Part shown: piece by piece, positions 1-9,905 of the stretch
How positions within the stretch are numbered: the stretch's first letter is position 1
Layout: every line of letters starts with the position of its first letter
Assembly: GCA_016208225.1 (NCBI GenBank)
Contig: JACQYM010000109.1
Coordinates: 5,034-47,800, forward strand
Direction of reading: 5' to 3'
Length of the DNA stretch: 42,767 bases
DNA from: Deltaproteobacteria bacterium
Lineage (GTDB): Bacteria; Desulfobacterota; Desulfobulbia; Desulfobulbales; SURF-16
Translations under genes and position numbers: made by a program
The notes under the pieces: generated by a model
Database searches by the model: none
What the model was told of the DNA's origin: nothing
What the model saw: only the letters and a program-made list of their open reading frames with translations

Positions 1-227
1 ATGGCCTGGGCCCGGCCCATCTCCTCGCCCTTTGCGGTGACAAAGGAGTTGAGGGACATGTTCTGCGATTTGAACGGCGCCACCGACACCCCGTCCTGCA
101 GCAGAATGCGGCACAGGGCCGCGGTGAGAAACGATTTTCCGGCATTGGAACAGGTGCCCTGCAGCATGAGGGCCGGGGTGCGGACCTGCGTGGTCCGGCG
201 GAACAGTTCGGCAAGGGTCGGGGCCAT
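1..227 (-). CDS. cobQ: Cobyric acid synthase, N-terminal part (runs off window)
   Basis: Not in ORF track. Manual translation from ATG at 227 gives ...[57 protein letters not shown], the CobQ/CbiP N-terminal signature (QGTxSxxGKS, PFKxQNMxxNS, ExGRAQ). Confidence 0.93.
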   Translation of the reverse strand, partial: MAPTLAELFRRTTQVRTPALMLQGTCSNAGKSFLTAALCRILLQDGVSVAPFKSQNMSLNSFVTAKGEEMGRAQA

Positions 228-231
228 GTTT

Positions 232-888
232 TTATGCCGCCGTTTTGGTAAAGATCACCAGATGACGCGTGGCCCGGCTGAAAGGCAGGGCAAGGGGCAC
301 CACCTCCCGCAGCCGGTAGGGACTGGCCGGCTGGTCATGCTGCCACTGGCTGATCTCCTCCTCGGCCCTGGGGCCCTTCATGCAGATCACCGTGCCGCCG
401 GCCGGACTGAACGGCGCCGCCAGGGCGAGAAATTCGCTGATGGCGGCGACGGCCCGGCTGGTGATGCAGGGATAGGCCGGCAGCTGGCCGGCCAGGGCGG
501 GTTCAAGACGTTTTTCCATGACTTCGACGTGGTTCAAGGCGAGGCTGCGGACAATATGGCGCAGAAAGGCGGCCCGCTTGGCCCGGGGCTCGATGAGGGT
601 CAGGTTGAGCTGCGGGCAGGCGGCCTTCAGCACCAGGCCGGGGAAACCGGCGCCGCTGCCCACATCCAGCAGCTCGGGCTTTTCCCCGGGCAGATGGGGC
701 AGCAGGGTGAGGGAATCGAGAAAATGGGTCTCAATGATTTCCTGCGTCGGTGCCCTGGCCACCAGATTCATCTTCAGGTTCCACTTGGCGAGTTCCGTGT
801 AATAGCGGGCCAGACGATCAATCTCCCGGCTGCCGAGCTGCAGCCCGAGGGCCTTGCTGCCCTGCACAAGTAAGTCCCGTGGCGTCAT
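232..888 (-). CDS. rsmG: 16S rRNA m7G527 methyltransferase
   Basis: WNxx[24 protein letters not shown] motif, SRA, MKG. Confidence 0.95.
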   Translation of the reverse strand: MTPRDLLVQGSKALGLQLGSREIDRLARYYTELAKWNLKMNLVARAPTQEIIETHFLDSLTLLPHLPGEKPELLDVGSGAGFPGLVLKAACPQLNLTLIEPRAKRAAFLRHIVRSLALNHVEVMEKRLEPALAGQLPAYPCITSRAVAAISEFLALAAPFSPAGGTVICMKGPRAEEEISQWQHDQPASPYRLREVVPLALPFSRATRHLVIFTKTAA

Positions 889-896
889 GGCAACAA

Positions 897-2210
897 TCAG
901 CTCTGGTCGTCAAGCCTGATCACCACCGAGCGGGCATGGGCGGTCAGCCCCTCCAGGTTGGCCAGATTGACGATATGTTCGGCATCGGCCAGAAAGGCCC
1001 GGCGGGAGCAGGAAATCAGGCTGCTTTTTTTGAGAAATGTTTCCACGCCCAGGGACGAGGAGATGCGGGCCGTGCCCATGGTGGGCAGCACATGATTCGG
1101 ACCGGCCACATAGTCGCCGTAGGCCTCGGGGGAATAATCGCCGAGGAAGATCGCCCCGGCATGGCGGATGGCGGGCAGCCAGTTGAAGGGGTCGGTCACC
1201 ATCAGTTCCAGGTGCTCGATGGCGATGTCATTGGCAATTTCCATGGCCTCCTCCAGCGAGCCGCAGACCAGAATGGCGCCCCGGTCGGTGAGGGACTTGC
1301 GGGCAATCCACTCGCGGCTCAGCAGCTGCAGCTGTTTTTCCAGCTCCATGACGGTGCGGTCGGCCACATCCTGGCTGGTGGTAACCAGCATGGCCAGGGC
1401 CTGGGGGTCATGCTCGGCCTGGGCCAGCATGTCCGCGGCGATAAAGGCCGGGTTGGCCGTCTGGTCGGCCACGATGAGCACCTCGCTGGGTCCGGCGATC
1501 ATATCGATCCCCACCCGGCCCGCCACCTGGCGTTTGGCCTCGGTGACATACTGATTGCCCGGTCCGACGATGACGTCAACCGCCGGAATGATGCCGGTGC
1601 CGTACGCCAGGGCCGCAATGGCCCAGGCGCTGCCGGCCTTGTAGATCTGGGTGATGCCGATTTCCTGGGCCGCCACCAGCAGGGCGGGATGCACCATGCC
1701 CCGTTCATTGGGCGGGGTGACCATGATGCGGTGTTTTACCCCGGCAATGCCCGCCGGGATGCCGTTCATCAGCACCGACGAGACCAGCGGCGTTTTCCCG
1801 CCCTGGCCGCCAGGCACGTAAAGGCCGGCATAGGCCACCGGCCGCACCAGGCGGCCGGTGATGGAGCCGTCCTCCCTGGTGAGAATCCAGGACTGCTCCA
1901 TCTCCCGTTCATGGAAGGTCTGGATGCGCTCTTTGGCCAGCCGCAGGCTCTGCATCAGGTTATCGTCAACCTGGGCGTAGGCCTCGGCCAGCTCGGACTC
2001 CGAGACCCGCAGCTGGTCAATGGTCATGTTCGGGGCGTCGAAGCGGCGGGTGTACTCCAGCAGGGCCTCGTCGCCCCGCTCCCGGACGGCCTGAAGGATG
2101 GCGCTGACCGCCTGTCGGCAGATGTCGTCAGCCAGTTGAAAACGATAGGTCAGTCGGGCCAGAGAGCGCTTGCCCTCGATTGATTGGGTAGTGCATGGGG
2201 TAATGATCAT
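897..2210 (-). CDS. hisD: Histidinol dehydrogenase
   Basis: [47 protein letters not shown]. Confidence 0.97.
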   Translation of the reverse strand: MIITPCTTQSIEGKRSLARLTYRFQLADDICRQAVSAILQAVRERGDEALLEYTRRFDAPNMTIDQLRVSESELAEAYAQVDDNLMQSLRLAKERIQTFHEREMEQSWILTREDGSITGRLVRPVAYAGLYVPGGQGGKTPLVSSVLMNGIPAGIAGVKHRIMVTPPNERGMVHPALLVAAQEIGITQIYKAGSAWAIAALAYGTGIIPAVDVIVGPGNQYVTEAKRQVAGRVGIDMIAGPSEVLIVADQTANPAFIAADMLAQAEHDPQALAMLVTTSQDVADRTVMELEKQLQLLSREWIARKSLTDRGAILVCGSLEEAMEIANDIAIEHLELMVTDPFNWLPAIRHAGAIFLGDYSPEAYGDYVAGPNHVLPTMGTARISSSLGVETFLKKSSLISCSRRAFLADAEHIVNLANLEGLTAHARSVVIRLDDQS

Positions 2211-2222
2211 TTTAGATCTCCT

Positions 2223-2322
2223 GAATTGCGGATCTTATGGATTGCGGATTTCGGATTGCGGATTTCGGATTGCCATCAACCATCAATCATGAGCCATCAG
2301 CTATGAGCCATGAGCCATCAGC
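2223..2322. repeat. Two adjacent heptamer tandem tracts (GGATTGC/GGATTTC, then TCAACCA/TGAGCCA)
   Basis: Period-7 repeats directly visible in the hisD-cytochrome intergenic region. Confidence 0.85.
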
Positions 2323-4042
2323 TTTCTTGATATACCGGGCATTTTATCTCAGGGCTGTAATTTTTATACGCCGGATCATTATACTCCTTGTGGCATTCCA
2401 GGCAGAGGCCGACGCGCAGGATGCGGGCCAGCTCCTCCTTGTTGAACGGCCGCACCGCCGGACGGGAGCTTTTCTGCAGAGGAGTGCCGTCAATGGTGAC
2501 ATAGGCGTCCAAGGCCGGCGTCCGGCCCGCCGCCGTCTCAATGCCCTGGTCGGTGCCGGCAAAATGCCAGGCCCCGTTTTCCCGCCACACCGTGCCTTCG
2601 CCCAGGCCCAGCACCTTGGGGGAGAGGTGGCAATCCGTACAGCTCCTGCCCCCGGCCTGGGTGGTATGGGGGTTGATGGCCGCCATGGTGAGGCTGTTGA
2701 ACTGGCGGTCCGGCCGGCCTTTCTGGTCAATCAGGGTGACCACGTCCTGGCAGCCGGGGGTGACGATCACCACCTCTTCATCCCACATGGCCAGCATCGG
2801 CCGTTCAAAGCGCAGATAGGAGCGGCCCTCGTTCCACCAGCCCGCTGTTTCCGTCAGCGTCAGCTTGTCCAGATGGGTCTCGGTCATGTCGCGCTTCACG
2901 TGACAGCCGTAACACTGGGGGACCCAGAGGGAGTGGCACGCCTCGCAGCCCACCCGTTTGTGGCCGGCAAAGTCGCACACCCCGGCCTTGGGCGGCTTCA
3001 AGGGGTGTTTTTTGTCGCTGATCTTATTGTTGAGCAGCCAGGAGTCGCCTTCCCGGCTGACATTGTTCAGCTTCTCATTTTTCCTGGTCTGGCCCGGGAC
3101 CAGGCCTTCGCCGCTCTGTCCGGCACTGACATGGCAGGTGGCGCAGCTGATCTCGAGCTGCTCTTCGTAATGGGCATAGTTGGTGCCGTCGCCCATGATC
3201 TCGTTTCGGGTATGGCAGTCGATGCAGGCCATGCCGCGTTGATAATGGATGTCAGCGGGCAGGTCAAGATAAAAGCGGTCGCCGGGCAGCCTTTTTTCCG
3301 ACATTCGGCCATTGCTGTACGGGGTGCCGTAATTTTCCGATTCATAGACGCCGGTATAGCTTATGCCGATGCGGCCGCTCCGGTTGTGGCAGCGGACACA
3401 GTTCTCCACCGGGATCTTTTTGATGATCAGCGGGTGGATTTTTTTGGCCTCTTCCGGGGGCAGCTTCGGGTCCTTGATGAAATGGCAGGCAGTGCAGCCG
3501 CCGCCTTTTTCGCCGAAGAATCCGGGCAGATCGCCTTTCTGTTTCCACAGATGGCAGGTGCCGCACAGTTTGCGGAAATAATCCAGGGCGAGGGAGGTCT
3601 CGCCGCTTGCCAGCAGTTTTTCCACCGAATAGTCGCCGTTCTGGTCCGGGGCCTCGCCCCAGTAGTAGAGCAGGGTGGCCAGAATGCCGCGGTTGGTGGC
3701 CATCAGGGAGTTTTTCACCTTTTTGACGTCCGCCGCGTGGCACCCCTCGATGCCGCAGGTTTTTTCCACCAGCCGCAGATCGCCCGGATTCTTGACAATG
3801 CCCGCATGGGCCTTTTCCTTGTCAATGGCCAGGGCATCGCCCAGATGGCAGGGGGAGCAGCCGATCACCAGCCGGTCGTGGGCCGCGTCCAGTTTCTCCG
3901 TGGTATGACAGCTCAGGCACATCTCGACCTGACCGGAGGTGGTCTGATAGAGGCGCTCCGGCCGCTTGGTCAGATTTTCGCGGATGACCAGCAGCAGCAC
4001 GACCAGCAGAACCAGGAAAAGCACAAGCCGGGATTTCGACAT
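2318..4042 (-). CDS. Membrane-anchored or exported multiheme cytochrome c (11 CxxCH + 1 CX4CH)
   Basis: Motifs CLSCH, CSPCH, CGIEGCH, CGTCH, CTACH, CVRCH, CIDCH, CATCH, CEACH, CYGCH, CTDCH, CLECH. N-terminal basic plus hydrophobic segment. Start placed at ATG 4042, 1 nt after the nadE stop. Confidence 0.9.
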   Translation of the reverse strand: MSKSRLVLFLVLLVVLLLVIRENLTKRPERLYQTTSGQVEMCLSCHTTEKLDAAHDRLVIGCSPCHLGDALAIDKEKAHAGIVKNPGDLRLVEKTCGIEGCHAADVKKVKNSLMATNRGILATLLYYWGEAPDQNGDYSVEKLLASGETSLALDYFRKLCGTCHLWKQKGDLPGFFGEKGGGCTACHFIKDPKLPPEEAKKIHPLIIKKIPVENCVRCHNRSGRIGISYTGVYESENYGTPYSNGRMSEKRLPGDRFYLDLPADIHYQRGMACIDCHTRNEIMGDGTNYAHYEEQLEISCATCHVSAGQSGEGLVPGQTRKNEKLNNVSREGDSWLLNNKISDKKHPLKPPKAGVCDFAGHKRVGCEACHSLWVPQCYGCHVKRDMTETHLDKLTLTETAGWWNEGRSYLRFERPMLAMWDEEVVIVTPGCQDVVTLIDQKGRPDRQFNSLTMAAINPHTTQAGGRSCTDCHLSPKVLGLGEGTVWRENGAWHFAGTDQGIETAAGRTPALDAYVTIDGTPLQKSSRPAVRPFNKEELARILRVGLCLECHKEYNDPAYKNYSPEIKCPVYQES

Positions 4043-4043
4043 C

Positions 4044-5681
4044 TTATTCCCTGAAATTCTGGGCAATGGGATAGCGGCGGCCGTAGCCGAAGGCCTTGGA
4101 GGTGACTTTCAGCCCCATGGCCGCCTGCTGCCGTTTGTATTCGTTGCGTTTGATGCGGCGGACGATGTCTTCCACGATATGGCGGTCAAAACCCCGGCGG
4201 ACGATGTCGTCGATGGCAAGATGCTCCTCCAGGTAGGCGGCGAGGATGGGATCGAGCACCTCGTAAGGGGGCAGGTCATCCTGGTCCTTCTGGTCCGGGG
4301 CCAGCTCGGCGCTGGGGGCGCGGCTGATGGTGCGGGCCGGGATGATTTCCCTGTCCCGGTTGACAAAGCGGGCCAGGGCATAGACCATCTGTTTGGGGAT
4401 GTCGGCGAGCAGGGAAAGGGCGCCGGCCATATCGCCGTACAGGGTGCAGTAGCCCACTGCCATTTCCGATTTGTTGCCGGTGGAGAGCAGCAGGGCGTTG
4501 AATTTGTTGGCCAGGGCCATGAGCAGTGTGCCGCGGATGCGGGCCTGGATGTTCTGTTCGGTGATGTCCTCCTGCAGACCGGTGAAAAGAGGTGCGAGGG
4601 TGCTGCGGAAGGAGGCAAAGGTGTCGGAGATATTCAGGGTCTCCAGGCGGATGCCCAGGTTGGCGGCCAGCCGGTCGGCGTCGGTAATGCTTTCCATGGA
4701 CGTGTAAGGGGAGGGCAGGGCCACCCCCATGACGTTTTCAGGGCCCAGGGCCTCGCAGGCAATGGCGCAGGTCAGGGCCGAATCGATGCCGCCGCTTACG
4801 CCGATCAATACCCTGGAGAAACCGCATTTTCTGATGTAGTCCCGGCAGCCCATGGCCAGGGCCTGGAAAACAAGGGCGGTTTCATCAGTTGCCGCCGGCG
4901 CCGCCGGCGCCGGCAACCGGTCGGTGTCGATGACGAGCATCTCTTCGCAGAAGGAGGCGGCCTGGCGGCGGAGGCAGCCGTCTTGGCCCAGCACCAGGCT
5001 CGCCCCGTCAAACAGCACGCTGTCCTGGCCCCCGACCTGGTTGACATAGAGCATGGGGGTCTGATATTTGCGGCAGAGCTGGGAGAAAATCGTCAGCCGG
5101 AGCTGCTGCTTGCCCATGGTGAAAGGGGAGGCGGCGATATTGATGAGCAGATCGATGCCGGACCGGGTCAGGTCGGCGACCGGATTGACCTGATAGAGCG
5201 GATGGGGAAAGCTGTCCTCATCGTTGAAGATATCCTCGCAGATGGTGATGCCCAGGCGCAATCCCTTGTAGGGAAAGGGGATGCTCGCCTCGCCCGGTTC
5301 AAAATAACGGGCCTCGTCAAAGACATCATAGGTGGGCAGCAGCCGCTTGTGGGCGGCAAACAGAATGCTGCCGTTCTCAAAGAGCAGGGCGCTGTTGTGC
5401 AGGGGCTTGCCCGTGCTGCCGCTATGGCGGGTGATGGCCCCGCACAGCACGCCGATGCCGCGGACGTCCGCGACCAGGGCGTTGATGGCGGCTTCCTGCT
5501 GGCCCAGAAACGCCTCATGCTCCAGGTAATCCTGCGGCGGGTAGCCGCTGATGGCGTGTTCCGGCAGCACGGCCAGCCCGCAGCCGGCCTGGGCGGCTTT
5601 TTCAAGGTAGCGGCTGATTTTGGCGATATTGCCGGGAAAATCACCGATAACCGGATTTAATTGAATGAGGGCGACTTTCAT
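4044..5681 (-). CDS. nadE: Glutamine-dependent NAD+ synthetase
   Basis: Nitrilase-like domain (PE..GYPPQD, KRLLPTYDVFDE, ICED) plus SGGIDS, NIQARIRG, TGNKSE, GYCTLYGD, PSAEL. Start at MKVALIQ. Confidence 0.95.
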   Translation of the reverse strand: MKVALIQLNPVIGDFPGNIAKISRYLEKAAQAGCGLAVLPEHAISGYPPQDYLEHEAFLGQQEAAINALVADVRGIGVLCGAITRHSGSTGKPLHNSALLFENGSILFAAHKRLLPTYDVFDEARYFEPGEASIPFPYKGLRLGITICEDIFNDEDSFPHPLYQVNPVADLTRSGIDLLINIAASPFTMGKQQLRLTIFSQLCRKYQTPMLYVNQVGGQDSVLFDGASLVLGQDGCLRRQAASFCEEMLVIDTDRLPAPAAPAATDETALVFQALAMGCRDYIRKCGFSRVLIGVSGGIDSALTCAIACEALGPENVMGVALPSPYTSMESITDADRLAANLGIRLETLNISDTFASFRSTLAPLFTGLQEDITEQNIQARIRGTLLMALANKFNALLLSTGNKSEMAVGYCTLYGDMAGALSLLADIPKQMVYALARFVNRDREIIPARTISRAPSAELAPDQKDQDDLPPYEVLDPILAAYLEEHLAIDDIVRRGFDRHIVEDIVRRIKRNEYKRQQAAMGLKVTSKAFGYGRRYPIAQNFRE

Positions 5682-5687
5682 ATCAGG

Positions 5688-5772
5688 TGATGGCTCATGG
5701 CTCATGGGTAATAGTTTATAGTTAATGGTTGACTGCCCGCGGGTTTTTGGTTTTGCTCATGAGCCATGAGCT
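5688..5772. repeat. Heptamer tract (TGGCTCA/TAGTTAA type) and short inverted copy
   Basis: Period-7 repeats. 5688-5732 is an in-register reverse complement of 2276-2320. Confidence 0.8.
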
Positions 5773-5901
5773 ACTTATAGCATAATCAGGAGGCGCCTGC
5801 CGCATCAATTTTCGGTCAAGTTTTGCTTGCAGGATCAGCAGTTTTCATACTACTCTGCATGACGCTTTATTACTGCATTATCTTGTGCGCTTTAATCCTA
5901 A

Positions 5902-5939
5902 AGGGTGTCTTGAATAATTAGAATTATTCGAGATGCCCT
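5902..5939. repeat. Near-perfect palindrome or hairpin upstream of phoH
   Basis: AGGGTGTCTTGAATAATT-AG-AATTATTCGAGATGCCCT; the mismatches are G-U compatible. Confidence 0.7.
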
Positions 5940-5962
5940 AAAGTCCATAGAGGCCTTCCTGC

Positions 5963-7282
5963 ATGCGAAAATATTTCGTCCTTGACACCAACGTTCTGCT
6001 GCATAATGCTGATTCAATCAGCTCCTTTACCGATAATTATGTCGTGCTGCCCATGTCGGTCATCGAGGAGCTTGATAAATTCAAATCCCGTAGCGACGAG
6101 CTTGGCCGCAACGCCCGCAAGGTCATCAGGGATCTTGATCATCTCCGGGTGCGCGGCAGGCTGGCCGAGGGCGTGGAAATGGATAACGGCGGCATCCTGA
6201 AAATCATTACCGAAGGAGAAAATATCGACTGCGGCGGCCTGAACATGAATGTGCCGGACAACCGGATTCTGGCCGTGGCCTACACCCTGTTTAAAAAAGG
6301 CGAAAAGGTCATTTTCGTTTCCAAGGATATCAATGCCCGCCTGAAGGCCGATGCCCTGGGTATCGGGGTCATGGACTTCGAGAAGCAGAAGATCAATTTC
6401 GACGAACTTTTTTCCGGCTACCGGGAACTGCCGGTGCCGGGCAAAGTGATCGATACTTTTTATGAAAAACGTGAGGTGGAGAGCGAGGGGCTGGGGCTGA
6501 TGCCCAATGAATTCGTGCTGCTGCAGGATGAGGCCGACCCCAAGCATACCGCCCTGGCCCGGGCCATCAGCGACAAAAAACTGGTGCGGCTGAATCCCCA
6601 GTATGATTCAGCCTGGCAGATCCGCTCCCGCAGCAAGGAACAGCGCATGTGCCTGGAACTTTTGCTTGATCCGGGTGTCGAAATTGTAACGCTGGTGGGG
6701 CAGGCCGGCACCGGCAAGACCTTGCTCGCCCTTGCCGCGGGTCTGGAAGAGGTGATTATCAACAAGCGTTATGAAAAAATTCTTGTCTCCCGGCCGATCA
6801 TCCCCCTTGGCAAGGACCTGGGCTACATGCCCGGCGACAAGGACGAAAAACTGGCCCACTGGATGCAGCCCATTTTTGACAACCTCACCTTTCTCATGGG
6901 CAGCGGTCAGCCGCCGAAAAACCGGCAGGATGACGACTCGTTGCGCCATAAGATGGAAAAGCTGCTGAAGGACCATGTGGTGGAGCTGGAGGCCCTGACC
7001 TACATCAGGGGCCGGTCGATTTCCGGCCAGTATGTGATTGTCGATGAGGCGCAGAACCTCACCCCGCACGAGGTCAAAACCATCATCAGCCGGGCCGGCG
7101 AGGGGACGAAAATGGTGCTGACCGGAGATCCGTATCAGATCGACAACCCGTATCTCGATTCCAGCAGTAACGGGTTGACCTATACGGTGGAACGGCTGAA
7201 GGAGCTGCCCATTCACGGCCACATCACCCTGCGGAAAAGTGAACGGAGCCAGCTCGCCGGGGTAGCGGCGGATTATCTGTAA
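5963..7282 (+). CDS. phoH: PIN domain + PhoH-family ATPase (PhoH2/YlaK-like)
   Basis: FVLDTNVLL and VIEELD (PIN); GQAGTGKT, LGYMPG, YIRGRS, DEAQN, LTGDPYQID, SERS. Confidence 0.93.
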   Translation: MRKYFVLDTNVLLHNADSISSFTDNYVVLPMSVIEELDKFKSRSDELGRNARKVIRDLDHLRVRGRLAEGVEMDNGGILKIITEGENIDCGGLNMNVPDNRILAVAYTLFKKGEKVIFVSKDINARLKADALGIGVMDFEKQKINFDELFSGYRELPVPGKVIDTFYEKREVESEGLGLMPNEFVLLQDEADPKHTALARAISDKKLVRLNPQYDSAWQIRSRSKEQRMCLELLLDPGVEIVTLVGQAGTGKTLLALAAGLEEVIINKRYEKILVSRPIIPLGKDLGYMPGDKDEKLAHWMQPIFDNLTFLMGSGQPPKNRQDDDSLRHKMEKLLKDHVVELEALTYIRGRSISGQYVIVDEAQNLTPHEVKTIISRAGEGTKMVLTGDPYQIDNPYLDSSSNGLTYTVERLKELPIHGHITLRKSERSQLAGVAADYL

Positions 7283-7293
7283 TGGGAGAGAAT

Positions 7294-7431
7294 TCAGGAG
7301 CCAGGAGTCAGGAGCCAGAAGTTATAAAAGTACCGGTTATCTGTGGCGTCATGCCGGATGTCCAACGTTTCAAGGGTCGGTGAGGTGGTACTTTTGCCTT
7401 GTGCCTAATGCCTGTTGCCTCCTGACTCCTG
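7294..7431. repeat. Heptamer tracts (YCAGGAG; CCTnnTG) forming a local inverted pair
   Basis: CAGGAGTCAGGAG at ~7302 is the exact reverse complement of CTCCTGACTCCTG at ~7419. Confidence 0.75.
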
Positions 7432-7465
7432 CTAACCACATCGAATCTTTAAGGAAGCGAACAAT

Positions 7466-8533
7466 ATGGAATTCGTACCGAAATGGATTGCCTGGGAAAT
7501 CACCAGACGTTGCAACCTCCACTGCGTGCACTGCCGTTCTTCATCGGAACTTGAGGTCATAGGCCATCCTGATTTTTCACTTGCTGAGGCGAAAAGGGTC
7601 CTGGACGACATCGCCTCCTATGCCAGTCCGGTCATCGTGCTTTCCGGCGGTGAACCCCTGCTGCGGGGGGATGTCTTTGACATTGCCGCCTATGGCACCG
7701 GCAAAGGGCTGCGCATGTGCCTGGCCACCAACGGCACCCTGGTTACCGAGGAAACCTGCGCCGGCATCAAAGCCGCCGGCATCAAGATGGTGTCGCTCAG
7801 TCTGGACGGCTCCAGCGCCGCGGTGCATGACGATTTCCGCAGTCAGACCGGGGCCTTTGCCGGCACCCTCAATGCCGCGGCCCTGTTCAAGAAGCATGAT
7901 ATCCCCTTTCTGATCAATTCCTCCTTCACCAAACGCAATCAGGAGGAGATCCCTAAAATCTACAAACTGGCCAAGGAGCTTGGCGCCACGGCCTGGTACA
8001 TGTTTATGATCGTGCCCACCGGCCGGGGGGAGGATATCATGAAGGAGCTGATATCCATGGAGGATTATGAAAAGATGCTGGAATGGCATTATGAGATGGA
8101 AAAGGAGGAGGACGAGATTCTGGTCCGTCCCACCTGCGCCCCCAGTTATTACCGCATCGTCCTGCAGAAGAAGAAGGAAACCGGCGACGATTTCCAGCGG
8201 CGCAGTCTGAAATTTTCCACGGGCGGCTCAAAAGGGTGCCTTGCCGGCCAGCTCATCTGCCTGATCGATGTGGACGGCAATGTGCTGCCCTGCAGCTACT
8301 TTCCGGTGAGCGCCGGTAATATTCGCGAGCAATCCTTTAAGGACATCTGGGAAAATTCCAAGCTCTTTCACGATATGCGCGATTTCAAGTCCTATGAGGG
8401 CCGTTGCGGTTCCTGTGAATATGTCGGCGTCTGCGGCGGCTGCCGCGCCCGGGCCTACGCCATCCACGGCAACTATATGGCGGAGGAGCCTTTCTGTTCC
8501 CATGTGCCGGCCAAATTAAAGAGGATCGGCTGA
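7466..8533 (+). CDS. ahbD: Radical SAM/SPASM protein, AhbD-like (coproheme decarboxylase / heme b synthase)
   Basis: [42 protein letters not shown] cysteines ([16 protein letters not shown]); lies upstream of hemE/hemH. Confidence 0.8.
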   Translation: MEFVPKWIAWEITRRCNLHCVHCRSSSELEVIGHPDFSLAEAKRVLDDIASYASPVIVLSGGEPLLRGDVFDIAAYGTGKGLRMCLATNGTLVTEETCAGIKAAGIKMVSLSLDGSSAAVHDDFRSQTGAFAGTLNAAALFKKHDIPFLINSSFTKRNQEEIPKIYKLAKELGATAWYMFMIVPTGRGEDIMKELISMEDYEKMLEWHYEMEKEEDEILVRPTCAPSYYRIVLQKKKETGDDFQRRSLKFSTGGSKGCLAGQLICLIDVDGNVLPCSYFPVSAGNIREQSFKDIWENSKLFHDMRDFKSYEGRCGSCEYVGVCGGCRARAYAIHGNYMAEEPFCSHVPAKLKRIG

Positions 8534-8580
8534 AGGCAGAAGGCAGAAGGCAATAGACAAGAGGCAATAGGCAAGGGGCA
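8534..8580. repeat. AGGCARN heptamer tract
   Basis: aggcaga aggcaga aggcaat agacaag aggcaat aggcaag directly after the stop codon. Confidence 0.8.
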
Positions 8581-8587
8581 GGGGGGC

Positions 8588-8610
8588 GTAGGAGCGGGTC
8601 TTGCCCGCGA
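8588..8610 (+). repeat. GTAG-family REP-like palindrome
   Basis: GTAGGA-GCGGG-TCTTG-CCCGC-GA: GTAG tetranucleotide followed by a GC-rich hairpin. Confidence 0.6.
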
Positions 8611-8854
8611 TGAAGAATTTTCACGGTGCTCTCTGGCTGCTCCGTGGCGAAAAGGGCCCTCCCCGCCATGGCAAAGGTGTCCGTCGCCGGGAGGATGCGG
8701 TTAGTGAAGAGGCTTTCATGGCCATACAACCGTCAACCGTCAACTGTAAACCGTAACCACCCTTGGCCGCCTGAATAATGAAGGGTAAATCCGGTTTTTC
8801 CGGAAGAACAAGTCAACCAGTCAATCGATCCACCAATCACTCAAGGAAAAAAGA

Positions 8855-9883
8855 ATGAATACAAATTTTCTCAAGGCATGCAGAGGGGAAGAAGTCAGCC
8901 ATACGCCGATCTGGATTATGCGGCAGGCGGGCCGTTATCTGCCTGATTATCATAAGGTGCGCGGCAAGGTTACGTTCCTTGAGCTCTGCAAAACTCCCGA
9001 GCTGGCGGCGGAAGTTACCCTGCAGCCGGTTGATATTCTCGGCGTTGACGCGGCGATTCTCTTTTCCGATATTCTGGTGGTGCTCGACGCCATGGGCATG
9101 GAGCTTGATTTCAGGGAAAAACAGGGGCCGGTGCTGCCTTCCCCCATCCGCAGCCGGGCCGATGTGGATCGCCTGATCGTGCCTGATCCGGTGGAGGGGC
9201 TCGGCTATGTCATGGACACCATCCGCCTGCTGCGCCGGGAACTGGCCCACAAGGTGCCGCTCATCGGCTTTTGCGGCGCCCCCTTTACCCTGGCCACCTA
9301 CATGGTGGAAGGCGGATCGTCGAAGAGTTTTTTCCAGACCAAGAAGATGATGTATGCCGAACCGGAGCTTTACGGGGCCATGCTTGACAAGGTCACCGAC
9401 TGTACCATCGCCTATCTGCAGGCCCAGGTGGAGGCCGGGGCCCAGGCTCTGCAGGTGTTTGATTCCTGGGCCGGCGCCCTGGCGCCCTGCGACTTTGAGG
9501 AGTTCGCCCTGCCCTATGTGAAAAAGATCATGGCGGCCCTGAAACCGGCCGGGGTACCGCTCATCTATTTTGCCAACAACGGCGCCACCCTGATGGAGCT
9601 GTCCAAAACCTGCGGTGCTGACGTGCAGGGGCTTGACTGGCGGGTGAATCTGGCCGATGCTGTCAAGGTTTTCGGGCCGGATATCGCGGTGCAGGGAAAT
9701 CTTGACCCCTGCGCCCTGCTGCTGCCCGAGGAGAAGCTGGAAAAACGGGTCGCCCGCATCCTGGCCGACGGCAAGGGTGCCCGGGGCCATATTTTCAACC
9801 TGGGCCATGGCATTCTGCCGGAAACCCCGCCGGAAAAGGCCAAGTTCCTGGTTGACACGGTGCATCGCCTGTCGGCCCGGTAA
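8855..9883 (+). CDS. hemE: Uroporphyrinogen decarboxylase
   Basis: [50 protein letters not shown]. Confidence 0.97.
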   Translation: MNTNFLKACRGEEVSHTPIWIMRQAGRYLPDYHKVRGKVTFLELCKTPELAAEVTLQPVDILGVDAAILFSDILVVLDAMGMELDFREKQGPVLPSPIRSRADVDRLIVPDPVEGLGYVMDTIRLLRRELAHKVPLIGFCGAPFTLATYMVEGGSSKSFFQTKKMMYAEPELYGAMLDKVTDCTIAYLQAQVEAGAQALQVFDSWAGALAPCDFEEFALPYVKKIMAALKPAGVPLIYFANNGATLMELSKTCGADVQGLDWRVNLADAVKVFGPDIAVQGNLDPCALLLPEEKLEKRVARILADGKGARGHIFNLGHGILPETPPEKAKFLVDTVHRLSAR

Positions 9884-9905
9884 ACGGCGGGCAAGGGGGG
9901 GCGGC

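Noticed and set aside
1-5660. Long plus-strand ORFs (1-873, 750-2183, 2237-4054, 3966-5660) and similar antisense ORFs elsewhere
   Set aside because: Shadow frames of well-supported genes in GC-rich DNA; no recognisable motifs.
5682-5705. nadE N-terminal extension MSHEPSPD
   Set aside because: It is translated heptamer repeat; homology starts at MKVALIQ (5681).
9657-9905. N-terminal extension of the HD protein overlapping hemE
   Set aside because: Overlapping frame without plausible content; the RBS supports ATG 9906.
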